A DNA stretch of 64,000 nucleotides, taken from assembly GCA_965209155.1 (NCBI GenBank), contig OZ242383.1, forward strand, positions 2,208,001-2,272,000, written 5' to 3'. The position numbers were made by a program, and so were the translations under genes. This document shows positions 19,966 to 29,168 of the stretch, in pieces (position 1 is the first letter of the stretch; each line of letters opens with the position of its first letter). Source of the DNA: a bacterium. GTDB taxonomy: Bacteria > SAR324 > NAC60-12. The notes below the pieces were generated by a model, which did no database searches, was not told the DNA's origin, and worked only from the letters and a program-made list of their open reading frames with translations.

Positions 19966-20532
19966 CTACGCAGGGGATTGCTTTTGCAATCCATACTCGT
20001 TTGCGACCACTTTGATTGTTTCGTCATAAACGGATTCCAACTGCGCATTACAACCTCGCAATCCTGCCATCACCTGGTTGCTCCATGCGAGGTACTGCCG
20101 GATGCGTTCCAGGGGCCAATCGGTCGGAGGATTGCGGAGTAAATCGCGAATGTTGCAAATTTTATCCGCAATCTTGATTTGTTTGGCACCATTGCTGGAG
20201 GCGGAGGCACGCAAGATTTGCAATTGCTTGCGTTCTTCTTTGGGAAGGCTCTTATCATCAGAGACTTCCTGAACCCATGCCAGAATTTTTTCACCAAAAT
20301 GAGTTTGAATTTCTACATGAGTGGTTTGCGTGTCTTCCAGAGTATCATGCAGAATGCCTGCAACTATGATTTCAGCGTCCCGTACGTTGCCTTCACGCCA
20401 GAGTACTTCCGCTACGTCGATCAGGTGATTGATATAAGGAGTTTCACCGTCCTTGCGATGTTGGATGCGGTGTTTGCCGGCAGCGAAACAAAGCGCGCGA
20501 AGGATCAGGGAAATGCCGGAATTTTCAAACAT
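19966..20532 (-). CDS. Stand-alone RelA/SpoT-type HD hydrolase (Mesh1/small alarmone hydrolase-like)
   Basis: HRIQHRK, PYINH, LHDTLEDT, IKIADKICN. Confidence 0.88.
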   Translation of the reverse strand: MFENSGISLILRALCFAAGKHRIQHRKDGETPYINHLIDVAEVLWREGNVRDAEIIVAGILHDTLEDTQTTHVEIQTHFGEKILAWVQEVSDDKSLPKEERKQLQILRASASSNGAKQIKIADKICNIRDLLRNPPTDWPLERIRQYLAWSNQVMAGLRGCNAQLESVYDETIKVVANEYGLQKQSPA

Positions 20533-20771
20533 CGTGAAATTTATAATCACTTGCGGTGGAAAAGTAAATCCTGGTTCACGAACCATAGATTTCAAAACTG
20601 TGACAACTGTCGTATTGGTTCGATAAAGAGTACCTCGACTTCATCAAAACACAATCTCCAACTTGGAGAGCATGTGGATCTTTGCTGCACTTTGTATTTA
20701 AATTCGTCAAGAAATGTGCCATGCTCCTTTCAAATCCAATCGTTTTCATTTCAGAGAGAATGGCAAGCGCA

Positions 20772-22382
20772 ATGAACAAGCAAGAACTGTGGCGGCGTTA
20801 TCAGAAATATCTCAGTGCGCATCCTGCCGTAGGTCTCACTCTGGACGTTTCCTCCATGAATTTTCCGCATCAATTCCTGGAAGAGATGGCGTCTCCCATG
20901 CAGCAGGCCTTTGAGCAGATGGATGCTTTGGAGAATGGAAGCATTGCGAATGCGGACGAAAATCGCATGGTCGGACATTACTGGTTGCGTCATCCCGCCC
21001 TGGCCCCTTCCCAGAGTATTCAAACGGTGATTGAAAACAACATATCTGAAATCAAGAATTTTAGCGGGAAAATACATGAGGGAATTCTTCGTTCTCCAAA
21101 AGGCGATCCCTTTCGGAAAATCCTGTTGGTGGGTATTGGTGGCTCTGCCCTGGGCCCGCAATTCATCCACCAGGCGTTGGGCGTGTCGGAAAACCGAATG
21201 GCATTTTATTGTCTGGACAATACCGACCCCGATGGAATGGACCTCCTCTTCGCTGATATCGGTCCTCACTTGTCGGAAACACTGGTCTTGGTGATTTCCA
21301 AATCAGGGGGAACCATTGAAACTCGCAATGGGATGCGGGAAGTCAAAGCGGCTTACCAGAGAGCAGGGTTAAAATTTGCCGGACATGCCGTCGCCGTCAC
21401 GGGTCCAGGCAGCGCCCTGGAAGAAAAAGCGTTGGCAGAAGGGTGGCTCGATATTTTTCCGATGTGGGAATGGGTGGGCGGAAGAACCTCCTTGTTTTCC
21501 ACAGTTGGATTACTCCCCGCCTCCCTGGAGGGAATCGAGATCGATGGCTTGCTGAGGGGAGCTGCCAATATGGACCAGGTTACCCGGCAATCCGAGATTC
21601 GACAAAACCCCTCCGCGCTGCTGGCATTGATGTGGTATTACGCGGGGGAGGGAAAGGGAAATAAGAACATGGTGATTCTGCCATACAAGGACCGCCTGGG
21701 TTTTTTAAGCCGCTACTTGCAACAATTAATCATGGAATCGCTCGGGAAAGAAAAAAATATCTCGGGAGAGGTCGTCCAGCAGGGAATCAGCGTATATGGC
21801 AACAAAGGCGCAACCGATCAACACGCCTTTATTCAACAACTGAGAGAAGGCAAAGCGGATTTTTTCGTCACCTTCATCCAAGTTTTACAAGAAAGAATTC
21901 CCCCCCCCTCGAACGACGAAGAAAAAAGCCCGGACACGCAACCTTCTATTACCACAGGCGATTTCCTGCAAGGTTTTTTACTGGGCACGGAGGAAGCTTT
22001 GCACGAGAATGGCCGGGATTCGATGACGATCACCCTTGATGCCGTAAACGCCACTACCATAGGCGCATTGATTGCGTTGTACGAACGGGCGGTGGGATTC
22101 TACGCCTCCCTCGTTCAAATCAACGCCTACCATCAACCCGGGGTGGAAGCAGGAAAAAAAGCGGCAAACAACGTGATTGAACTGCAAGCGAAAATTCTAC
22201 AATTCCTGCAATCTCATCCTGGTGAACCTTTCACCCTACAGGAAATCACGACCGCCATCGATCATCCGGATGATTGCAGGACTTCGTTCAAAATACTGGA
22301 ATACCTGACCCGCAACGAACGGAAAATTGCCAAAATTCCAGGCAAAACCTATTTCGAGGGAACCTACGGATACAAGCCGTAG
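20772..22382 (+). CDS. pgi: Glucose-6-phosphate isomerase
   Basis: GIGGSALG, ISKSGGTIET, WVGGRTS, QLIMESLGK, DQHA, QPGVEAGK. Confidence 0.95.
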   Translation: MNKQELWRRYQKYLSAHPAVGLTLDVSSMNFPHQFLEEMASPMQQAFEQMDALENGSIANADENRMVGHYWLRHPALAPSQSIQTVIENNISEIKNFSGKIHEGILRSPKGDPFRKILLVGIGGSALGPQFIHQALGVSENRMAFYCLDNTDPDGMDLLFADIGPHLSETLVLVISKSGGTIETRNGMREVKAAYQRAGLKFAGHAVAVTGPGSALEEKALAEGWLDIFPMWEWVGGRTSLFSTVGLLPASLEGIEIDGLLRGAANMDQVTRQSEIRQNPSALLALMWYYAGEGKGNKNMVILPYKDRLGFLSRYLQQLIMESLGKEKNISGEVVQQGISVYGNKGATDQHAFIQQLREGKADFFVTFIQVLQERIPPPSNDEEKSPDTQPSITTGDFLQGFLLGTEEALHENGRDSMTITLDAVNATTIGALIALYERAVGFYASLVQINAYHQPGVEAGKKAANNVIELQAKILQFLQSHPGEPFTLQEITTAIDHPDDCRTSFKILEYLTRNERKIAKIPGKTYFEGTYGYKP

Positions 22383-22422
22383 CGTCCTTTGGGATTCCTT
22401 ATTCCGGGAGATAATCGAAAAT
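22022..22422 (+). repeat. 401-bp direct repeat copy 1 (pgi 3' end plus 40 nt downstream)
   Basis: Aligns without gaps to 24098-24498 with scattered substitutions. Confidence 0.92.
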
Positions 22423-22450
22423 GGTTTTCCTTTTCAGGGGCCCATCAAAA

Positions 22451-22477
22451 CCACCTTCTAAGAAGGTGGATTCTTTT
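22451..22477. terminator. Hairpin between convergent pgi and fic
   Basis: CCACCTTC-TAA-GAAGGTGG with an A-run before and a T-rich tract after. Confidence 0.55.
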
Positions 22478-23587
22478 CTATTCAATTTGGTCAGGTAGCT
22501 TGTAGCTGGTACTGCGCCCTCCCCCCGGGTTTTGAATAAAGATACCTCTTTGCTTCAAATCCTGAATATCTCTGAGGGCGGTATCGTTCGAAGATTTTGC
22601 CAGCTTGGCATATTTAGATGTGTTCATGTGACCTTTGAAATCATCCTCGAGCATGCGGTTAATAATGAGGCGCTGGCGTTCATTCACCGGGTTTTGATTG
22701 ATCCAACCCCAAAGCTCCGCCTTGAAAAGAACATTGCTGAGGGTTTTTTCTGCGCTTGAAATGGCCCTCCCTAAACAATCCAAAAACCATTCGAGCCAGC
22801 CAGATATTTCTGGTGCACTGCGTTGCTGTTTTTCTAGCTGGTCATAGTAGTCCCTGCGCTCGGATTCGATCTGGGAAGACAAGCTATAGAAACGATCCGC
22901 CGTACCGTCAGCAAGGGCAAGAGCCATATCGCCGATGGCTCTTGCAATGCGGCCATTTCCATCCTCAAAAGGATGAATGGTGACAAACCAGAGATGGGCA
23001 ATCCCCGCTTTGAGCACAGGGTCAATGGCATGACCATTACCAAACCAATCCAAAAAAGCATCCATTTCTATTCCCAGTCGGTCTGCACTTGGGGCTTCAA
23101 AGTGAACTTTCTCTCGGCCTATGGGACCAGAGACAACCTGCATTGGGTCTGCATCTATCGTACGCCAACCACCTACTGTAATCCTGCGCATGCCGCTCCG
23201 TCCCGTCGGGAACAAGGCTGAATGCCAGTCGAATAAGCGATCCTTTGTTAGAGGCTGTGAAAACTTTTGTGTGGCATCAAGCATCAATTCAACGATGCCT
23301 TCGACATCACGACTGGCCGAAACAAGCCCTGCAATATCAATCCCTAATCTGCGGGCAATGGAAGATCGTACTTCTTCTGGATTAAGAATTTCGCCCTCAA
23401 TTGCTGAAGACTTTACAACATCATTGGTCAGAATGCTGAGGCTCGCCTCTCGCTGGAGCTCAAAGCCCAATCCCCCCATCCGACCAAGCAAACGCCCTTG
23501 GCGATGGCGTAAATTGGTTAGCTTGGAAACGAGAGCTTCCGTATCCCAAGTAAAGGTTGGCCAGTTTTGATGTTCATAAATCCACAT
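22478..23587 (-). CDS. Fic family protein (DUF4172 N-terminus, C-terminal HTH)
   Basis: WIYEHQNWPTFTWD, SSAIEGE, HPFEDGNGRIAR, DTALRDIQDL...GGGRST. Confidence 0.93.
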   Translation of the reverse strand: MWIYEHQNWPTFTWDTEALVSKLTNLRHRQGRLLGRMGGLGFELQREASLSILTNDVVKSSAIEGEILNPEEVRSSIARRLGIDIAGLVSASRDVEGIVELMLDATQKFSQPLTKDRLFDWHSALFPTGRSGMRRITVGGWRTIDADPMQVVSGPIGREKVHFEAPSADRLGIEMDAFLDWFGNGHAIDPVLKAGIAHLWFVTIHPFEDGNGRIARAIGDMALALADGTADRFYSLSSQIESERRDYYDQLEKQQRSAPEISGWLEWFLDCLGRAISSAEKTLSNVLFKAELWGWINQNPVNERQRLIINRMLEDDFKGHMNTSKYAKLAKSSNDTALRDIQDLKQRGIFIQNPGGGRSTSYKLPDQIE

Positions 23588-23590
23588 ATT

Positions 23591-23700
23591 AATCACCGCC
23601 TTGTTTAAGGTGATTTTAGAAATTTTTAGTGAAAAATCAATATTTATCACCTTAAATTATGCGGTGTTTAATGTCAATATTCACCGCATCAGTTGTGAGA
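23591..23700 (-). promoter_or_regulatory. fic promoter overlapped by repeated TCACC...GGTG palindromes
   Basis: TTGACA (23677-23672), 17 nt, TAAGGT. Imperfect palindromes at 23591-23615, 23646-23668 and 23681-23700. Confidence 0.55.
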
Positions 23701-24005
23701 TGCCACTCGATTTTTCCGGTTGTTCTTCAATGATTATCTCAATATAGGGTAGTAGAAGAGTTCGGAGAAGGGAAGGCACCATTTTTTTTAAATCGATTCC
23801 CTTCTTTTTGCGTTTCTTCGGCAAACCCAGGCGGCCTGCATTGCCGCGCAGTCGGGGATCGATCAGGTCGCGCATGGCATCCCCGAGCATGTTAATCCCG
23901 TAAATCACGATCGCCAGAGCCGTGCTCGACCAGAAGGCTAACCAGGGTTGCTCCAACATATATTACTGACCTTCCGCGCTGAGCATTCCCCCCAGCTCGG
24001 TTGCG
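23681..24005 (-). pseudogene. 3' fragment of a DppC/OppC-type ABC permease
   Basis: PSWG..MLS...PWLA...GINMLGDAMRDLIDPR with an internal stop/frameshift and no 5' part. Confidence 0.8.
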
Positions 24006-24097
24006 GACGATACCCATTGAAATTGGATGTGTAATGAGAATTTGAAGAGAGTTTAAAAATTTTTTACAGGATTTTTAACGGAAGGAGCAGCATGTTG

Positions 24098-24498
24098 GAT
24101 AACGAGCACCTTCGACACCGTTAACGCCATCACCATATGCGCATTGATTGCGTTTTATGAACGGGCGGTGGGATTCTACGCCTCCCTCGTTCAAATCAAC
24201 GCCTACCATCAACCCGGAGTGGAGGCAGGAAAAAAAGCGGCAAACAACGTGATTGTACTGCAAGCGAAAATTCTGCAATTCCTGCAATCTCATTCCGGTG
24301 AACCTTTCACCTTACGGGAAATCACGACTGCCATTGATCATCCGGATGATTGCAGGACTTCGTTCAAAATACTGGAATACCTGACCCGCAACGAACGGAG
24401 AGTCGCCAAAATCCCAGGCAAAACCTATTTCGAGGGAACCTACGGATACAAGCCGTATCGTCCTTTGGGATTCCTTATTCCGGGAGATAATCGAAAAT
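24098..24498 (+). pseudogene. Duplicate 3' fragment of pgi (direct repeat copy 2)
   Basis: Encodes YERAVGFYASLVQINAYHQPGVEAGKK...GTYGYKP. The original TAG is changed to TAT. Confidence 0.92.
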
Positions 24499-24527
24499 AC
24501 CTTCCAGTATGTACAGATTCCGCATCA

Positions 24528-25967
24528 TTAAAATATGAAAGTCTGTTGTGAATCACCACCAATTGAATCATTCGTTGCGTAACGGGAGTCTGGTTCTCGT
24601 ATTCCGGTTTCAACGTTATTGAGTTTTCCCATAACGAAGTGAAAGCACTTCTCCAACGACTTCAATCCGATTCCCCGGACTCTTGCCAATTGACTGAGCG
24701 ACTTAATTTCCGGACCAGATTGCACCGCATCCCGAATTCTCCTCAGCCGATCAACCCGCAGGTTCATGGTCTTCGCCATTTCTTCCTCATTTTTTTCTGA
24801 TAACACCCGCTTACGAAATTCGAGGTATAAATCGTCTACGGCGTCGGCTTTGTAGCGATAAATTTCTATCGGTAAGTCGCATTTTTTCAGGTGGCTCGTC
24901 ATCATAGGTATTACTTCGTCTTCGGAAAGACCACCATTTGTCGTGCCCAAGGTTGGAAAAGCGATTGACTCAATTTTTTTCTTTTCTCCTATGGTTTCAT
25001 AAACCCAGGAACGGGCATCTTCTGTTCGGGTAATTATTTTTTGGACTTGCAAAAAAGGAATCTGCTCAGGAATCAGAACTTCAGCACAGCGCTTCCGCTT
25101 GCCGTCTTCAAAATCCGACCACCATTTGGCACGGATACAGTCCCAATCCAGATTCTCAAGATCCATTGGATTTCTAAAACATCTGGTTCCCATAGAAGAA
25201 GCATTGCCATCGGTGAACACCATACCTTCCAGCAACAACAGATTTTTATTTAAACAAAGAATGGCGATTTTATCCTGAATCTCCCTGCGGCGGAACAACA
25301 TTGGGTTCTTGGGAGTGAAATACAGGGGAACAAAATCAAGCAGTGAACGATTGCATATGGTTTTCCTTTTCCTCATCTCAATGACGTTTATATCCGCTAT
25401 GTCTACTAACATTTTAACATTTCCACATACACGATTGCGAGAAAGTATTCCACTCCGGCTGATTGAAATTAAATTATCGATTGGGACCAGATAGAAAAGG
25501 AATTTGATTTTTCCCCACTCCTTTCGTGTTTTTTCTCCCCGCTGATCCCTCTGTAGAGTTCGGCACTTTTGCTCCTCCCCTGCTTTTGCTTCCTGTTCTC
25601 TCCGTTTTTGCTGCTCTTGGTCCTTCCGTGCTTGCTCCTCCTTTTGATTTTTCTCCAAAACTTGGCGCATCTGGTCTTCATTATGCTGCCGTCTGGTTGC
25701 GATGATTTTAGGGAGAAGATTCCACTCTACTGGCGACAACCGATAGTACAACGCAGTGACAATTCTATATTCATCTGATACAAAATCTTCGTCTGGTGCC
25801 AAAAAGCCGGAGCTGTTCGATTGCACCGCGCTGGGAGTCAAATTCTTCAAGTAGTTGAAGAGATCATAAAGAGAAGCACGTGAGAAATAGTCTTCATAGG
25901 AAGATCGCTTACGCCAATAAATAATGAGTTCATCAATGAGGTTCCAAGTCTCCTGGTCATTTGTCAT
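24528..25967 (-). CDS. DarT (DUF4433) ssDNA ADP-ribosyltransferase fused to the C-terminal half of a DarG-like macrodomain and an HhH tail
   Basis: DNLISISRSGILS, DFVPLYFTPKNPML, FTDGNA, RCAEVLI (DarT). SIAFPTLGTTNGGL (macrodomain C-half). VRGIGLKSLEK (HhH). Confidence 0.82.
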   Translation of the reverse strand: MTNDQETWNLIDELIIYWRKRSSYEDYFSRASLYDLFNYLKNLTPSAVQSNSSGFLAPDEDFVSDEYRIVTALYYRLSPVEWNLLPKIIATRRQHNEDQMRQVLEKNQKEEQARKDQEQQKRREQEAKAGEEQKCRTLQRDQRGEKTRKEWGKIKFLFYLVPIDNLISISRSGILSRNRVCGNVKMLVDIADINVIEMRKRKTICNRSLLDFVPLYFTPKNPMLFRRREIQDKIAILCLNKNLLLLEGMVFTDGNASSMGTRCFRNPMDLENLDWDCIRAKWWSDFEDGKRKRCAEVLIPEQIPFLQVQKIITRTEDARSWVYETIGEKKKIESIAFPTLGTTNGGLSEDEVIPMMTSHLKKCDLPIEIYRYKADAVDDLYLEFRKRVLSEKNEEEMAKTMNLRVDRLRRIRDAVQSGPEIKSLSQLARVRGIGLKSLEKCFHFVMGKLNNVETGIREPDSRYATNDSIGGDSQQTFIF

Positions 25968-26035
25968 ATCAGTTCTTGAACAATGGTGCGTAATTTAAGT
26001 TTTCAGAGGATTTATGCAAAAAGGAACAATGAAAA

Positions 26036-26872
26036 ACCTGAGTTTGTGATCAGAATTTTTGAGTACCTCCTGAAAAAGGAAATGAGAAATATAAAATAAA
26101 ACAACACTCAGATCCAAGGAGGTACCATGAGTAAGTTATTAGAACTTTTCTGTGATGTCGATGATTTTTGTCAAAGATTTCTACTCTGGTGGCATCGACA
26201 ACAATCGCACGTTGGAGAAAACAATGTTTGAAAGCATTGAGTTTATCCCCGAGTGAGGTCATGATGATTTTGATTCATTTTCATTAATTCCATTATCGGG
26301 AGTTGAAATCCTATTTTCGCGATGATGTTTCTCGTCATCTTCGCGCGGAATTTCCTCAATGAGTGAATGACAACCGATGTGTCGAACTGCAACAATCGGT
26401 GTTGTTGCCTTTGTGCTACTACCTTCAAAGCCGCCAAGGTCTTTGCAGTGGCATCAGCTATATTGATTCGACTTCTTTGGCCGTTTGTCATAATCGTCGT
26501 ATTCAGCACCATCGCAACTTCGCGGGACTAGCCGCTCAGGGCAAGACGAGCATGGAGTGGTTTTACGGATTCAAACTGCATCGGGTGGCTAATGATTCTG
26601 GGGAGCTTTTAGCTTTTTTCCTCAGCGCGGGTAATTGTGATGATCGTCATCCTGTCAGACAACTCACGCAAGGACTGGTTGGCAAATTGTTTGGCGATAA
26701 TGGTTTTCTTTCTCAAAAACTATTTGTACAACTTGCTCAACAAGGCCTTCAATTGGCCACAACCCTTCGAGCCAATATGAAACCTCGAGTCCTGCCCCTA
26801 CAGGATCGCCGAAAAATCACTCTGAATTGTCGCCGGAGAAAACTCTTGCTATCGACTCTTGGCTTTTATTAG
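26036..26872 (+). mobile_element. Degenerate IS982-family element
   Basis: Left end ACCTGAGTTTG, AGGAGG RBS, ATG 26127 MSKLLELFCDVDDFC. YIDSTSLAVCHN, WFYGFKLH, GKLFGDNG. Internal stops/frameshifts and truncated 3' end. Confidence 0.88.
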
Positions 26873-27010
26873 CCTCAAAATGGAAATGCACTGGAGGTCA
26901 ACACCTGTCGCGAAAGTACAAAATAATTTAAATATATTCAATAAAATCAATGTATTATAAATTAACACAAATAAGTTTGCACTATCTTTTGTACGTACAC
27001 CTTCTTTACT

Positions 27011-28054
27011 TTATGATTTTGTTTCTTCAACATATTTCGTTGAAAGCTTATTTTCTGAACGAATTCTGTCATAGTAAACAGCCAGTATGATAACAACTCC
27101 AATGACAACCTGTTGTTGGAAACTATCCACACCGAGTAAATTGAGTCCATTTCTAATGGTACCAATAATAAAGGCACCTATCATGGCACCACTCATTGAT
27201 CCAGTACCTCCGAAAATACTGGCTCCCCCTATAAAGGCGGCTGCTATACCTTCAAGCTCGTATCCAAAGCCTGCTGTCGGATGAGCACTAGACAACCTTG
27301 CTGTAAGTACTACACCTGCCAAAGCGGAGATAACAGAACAGAAAACATATGCGGCCAGCTTTTTTTGGCCAGTATTTATACCAGAGAGGCTGGAGGCGAG
27401 TTGATCGCTTCCTGTAGCATACATATGACGCGCAAATAAGGTTGTGTTGAGGAAAAAGCTTAGGATCAAAGCTGTTATAACCAAAACTATTACGGGATAT
27501 GGTAAGAATCCCAAAAACTTTTCAGTACCTAGCGCACGGAAAAAATCATCTCCCGTGAATTCACCAATGGCTCTTATGCTTTTGAATTGACCATTGGTTA
27601 ACATATAGGCAAAACCGCGATAAATAAACATTGTACCAAGTGTTGCAATGACGAAATTCAATTTAAATCTGGTTACAATTATACCATTTACAAGTCCGCA
27701 GATGAGCCCTACTAATAAGGCTGCTATGATTGCAAGAACTATATTATGTGTCATTTCTATTACCAGGGCACAGACAACACCGGCAAGACCCAGAGTGGAA
27801 CCTGAGGATAAATCAATACCGCCTGCGATAAGAGGAAATGTCATAGCAATTGCCATTAACCCATAAATTGAAACTTGATTGGCAATTATAAACCAGTTTC
27901 TGAATGTAAAAAAATATTCTGCCGTAATTGAAAATACTATTAATAAAATAATAAGACCACCAAGCGTCCCTACTCGATCCACCCATTGATGAATATCCTT
28001 TCTACTATAATTCCTTATGCTAGAAAGCCCGTTGCCTCTTTTTGAAACATCCAT
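27011..28054 (-). CDS. Sugar ABC transporter permease (RbsC-like)
   Basis: GGIDLSSGS, ATLGTM, GYELEGIAAAFIGGASIFGG. Confidence 0.92.
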   Translation of the reverse strand: MDVSKRGNGLSSIRNYSRKDIHQWVDRVGTLGGLIILLIVFSITAEYFFTFRNWFIIANQVSIYGLMAIAMTFPLIAGGIDLSSGSTLGLAGVVCALVIEMTHNIVLAIIAALLVGLICGLVNGIIVTRFKLNFVIATLGTMFIYRGFAYMLTNGQFKSIRAIGEFTGDDFFRALGTEKFLGFLPYPVIVLVITALILSFFLNTTLFARHMYATGSDQLASSLSGINTGQKKLAAYVFCSVISALAGVVLTARLSSAHPTAGFGYELEGIAAAFIGGASIFGGTGSMSGAMIGAFIIGTIRNGLNLLGVDSFQQQVVIGVVIILAVYYDRIRSENKLSTKYVEETKS

Positions 28055-28151
28055 TTTTTCCTTTTTATACAATTTAATTGTTATCTTTTTGACTTTTACC
28101 GGCAGCCAAACTAATACCGATTTGACTTTGAAATGTGCCATTAGCATGAAC

Positions 28152-28202
28152 CGGAAAAACCGGGGACACGTAGCAAAAAAGTACATGTCCCCGGTTTTTC
28201 CG
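28152..28202. repeat. Intergenic 17-bp perfect inverted repeat (REP-like)
   Basis: CGGAAAAACCGGGGACA ... TGTCCCCGGTTTTTCCG. Confidence 0.8.
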
Positions 28203-28257
28203 TTGATTCTCTCGCTTACCGAATGGGATAAGGATCAGCGAATTTCCTCCAATTATT

Positions 28258-28992
28258 TTATTTGCCAAAGAACATCAGCTTGACGAGTTTCTCCTGGTCA
28301 AGTTCATTGGTTGGCAGACAATCAACCTTCTTGCCCCCCCTGAGGACAAATACTCGGTCACAGACTTCGAAAATGTCCTGAAGGTTATGCGTAACAAACA
28401 TAATAGATATGCCATCATTCTTTAACTTGAGCATCAGTTCTCGCACTTTTTTAGCTTCAACGACTGCCAGATTAGCCGTCGGTTCATCCATTAAAACAAC
28501 CTTGGGATTAAAATGGAAAGCTTTTCCGATCGCAACGGCCTGTTGCTGTCCTCCGGAGAGGTTATTCACCATTTCTTTAGGATTCGCGACATCTATCTTC
28601 AGCCCCTTTAGAGTTTCAATAGCCTCTTTTAGCATCTTTTTCTTGTTGAGAAATTTCATGCCGAAAGATCGATATAGCTCCCGGCCCAGGAACAGGTTGG
28701 AGGCTATATCAAGGCGACGGCAAAGTGCGAGATCTTGATACACCATCTCGATTCCTATTTCACGAGAATGGTGAGGGTTGCGTATCTCAACATGTTTGCC
28801 CTCAAAAAAAACACGGCCGCTATCAGCTTGATAGGCACCGGAAAGTATTTTCATAAAGGTTGATTTACCCGCGCCGTTATCGCCAACGAGTCCGAGAATT
28901 TCTCCTGAACGAAGCTCGAGGTCCACATCGGTAAGCGTCTGTATTCCACCAAATCGCTTGGTAATGTTAGAAGTTGAAATTATGTTTTCCAT
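28258..28992 (-). CDS. Sugar ABC transporter ATP-binding protein (single ABC domain)
   Basis: GDNGAGKST, LSGGQQQ, MDEPT, VTH. Confidence 0.93.
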   Translation of the reverse strand: MENIISTSNITKRFGGIQTLTDVDLELRSGEILGLVGDNGAGKSTFMKILSGAYQADSGRVFFEGKHVEIRNPHHSREIGIEMVYQDLALCRRLDIASNLFLGRELYRSFGMKFLNKKKMLKEAIETLKGLKIDVANPKEMVNNLSGGQQQAVAIGKAFHFNPKVVLMDEPTANLAVVEAKKVRELMLKLKNDGISIMFVTHNLQDIFEVCDRVFVLRGGKKVDCLPTNELDQEKLVKLMFFGK

Positions 28993-29168
28993 GGATTTTT
29001 TTCAGGATAGAGGTGCCCTGCACGCTCTGAGGCGCTCTTTCAAGATGCCCGGAGAAGTCCAAAGTCACGTCTAGGCCTTGTTCGGAGGGTCAGATCGAAA
29101 ACCAACCCAAAAACCCAAATACCGGGAGACCCAATCCCTCAACCCTCCACTTTTTGGCCTTCAAAATT

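Noticed and set aside
24144..24551. Independent 135-aa protein
   Set aside because: It is the duplicated pgi tail with a TTG pseudo-start and a lost stop codon.
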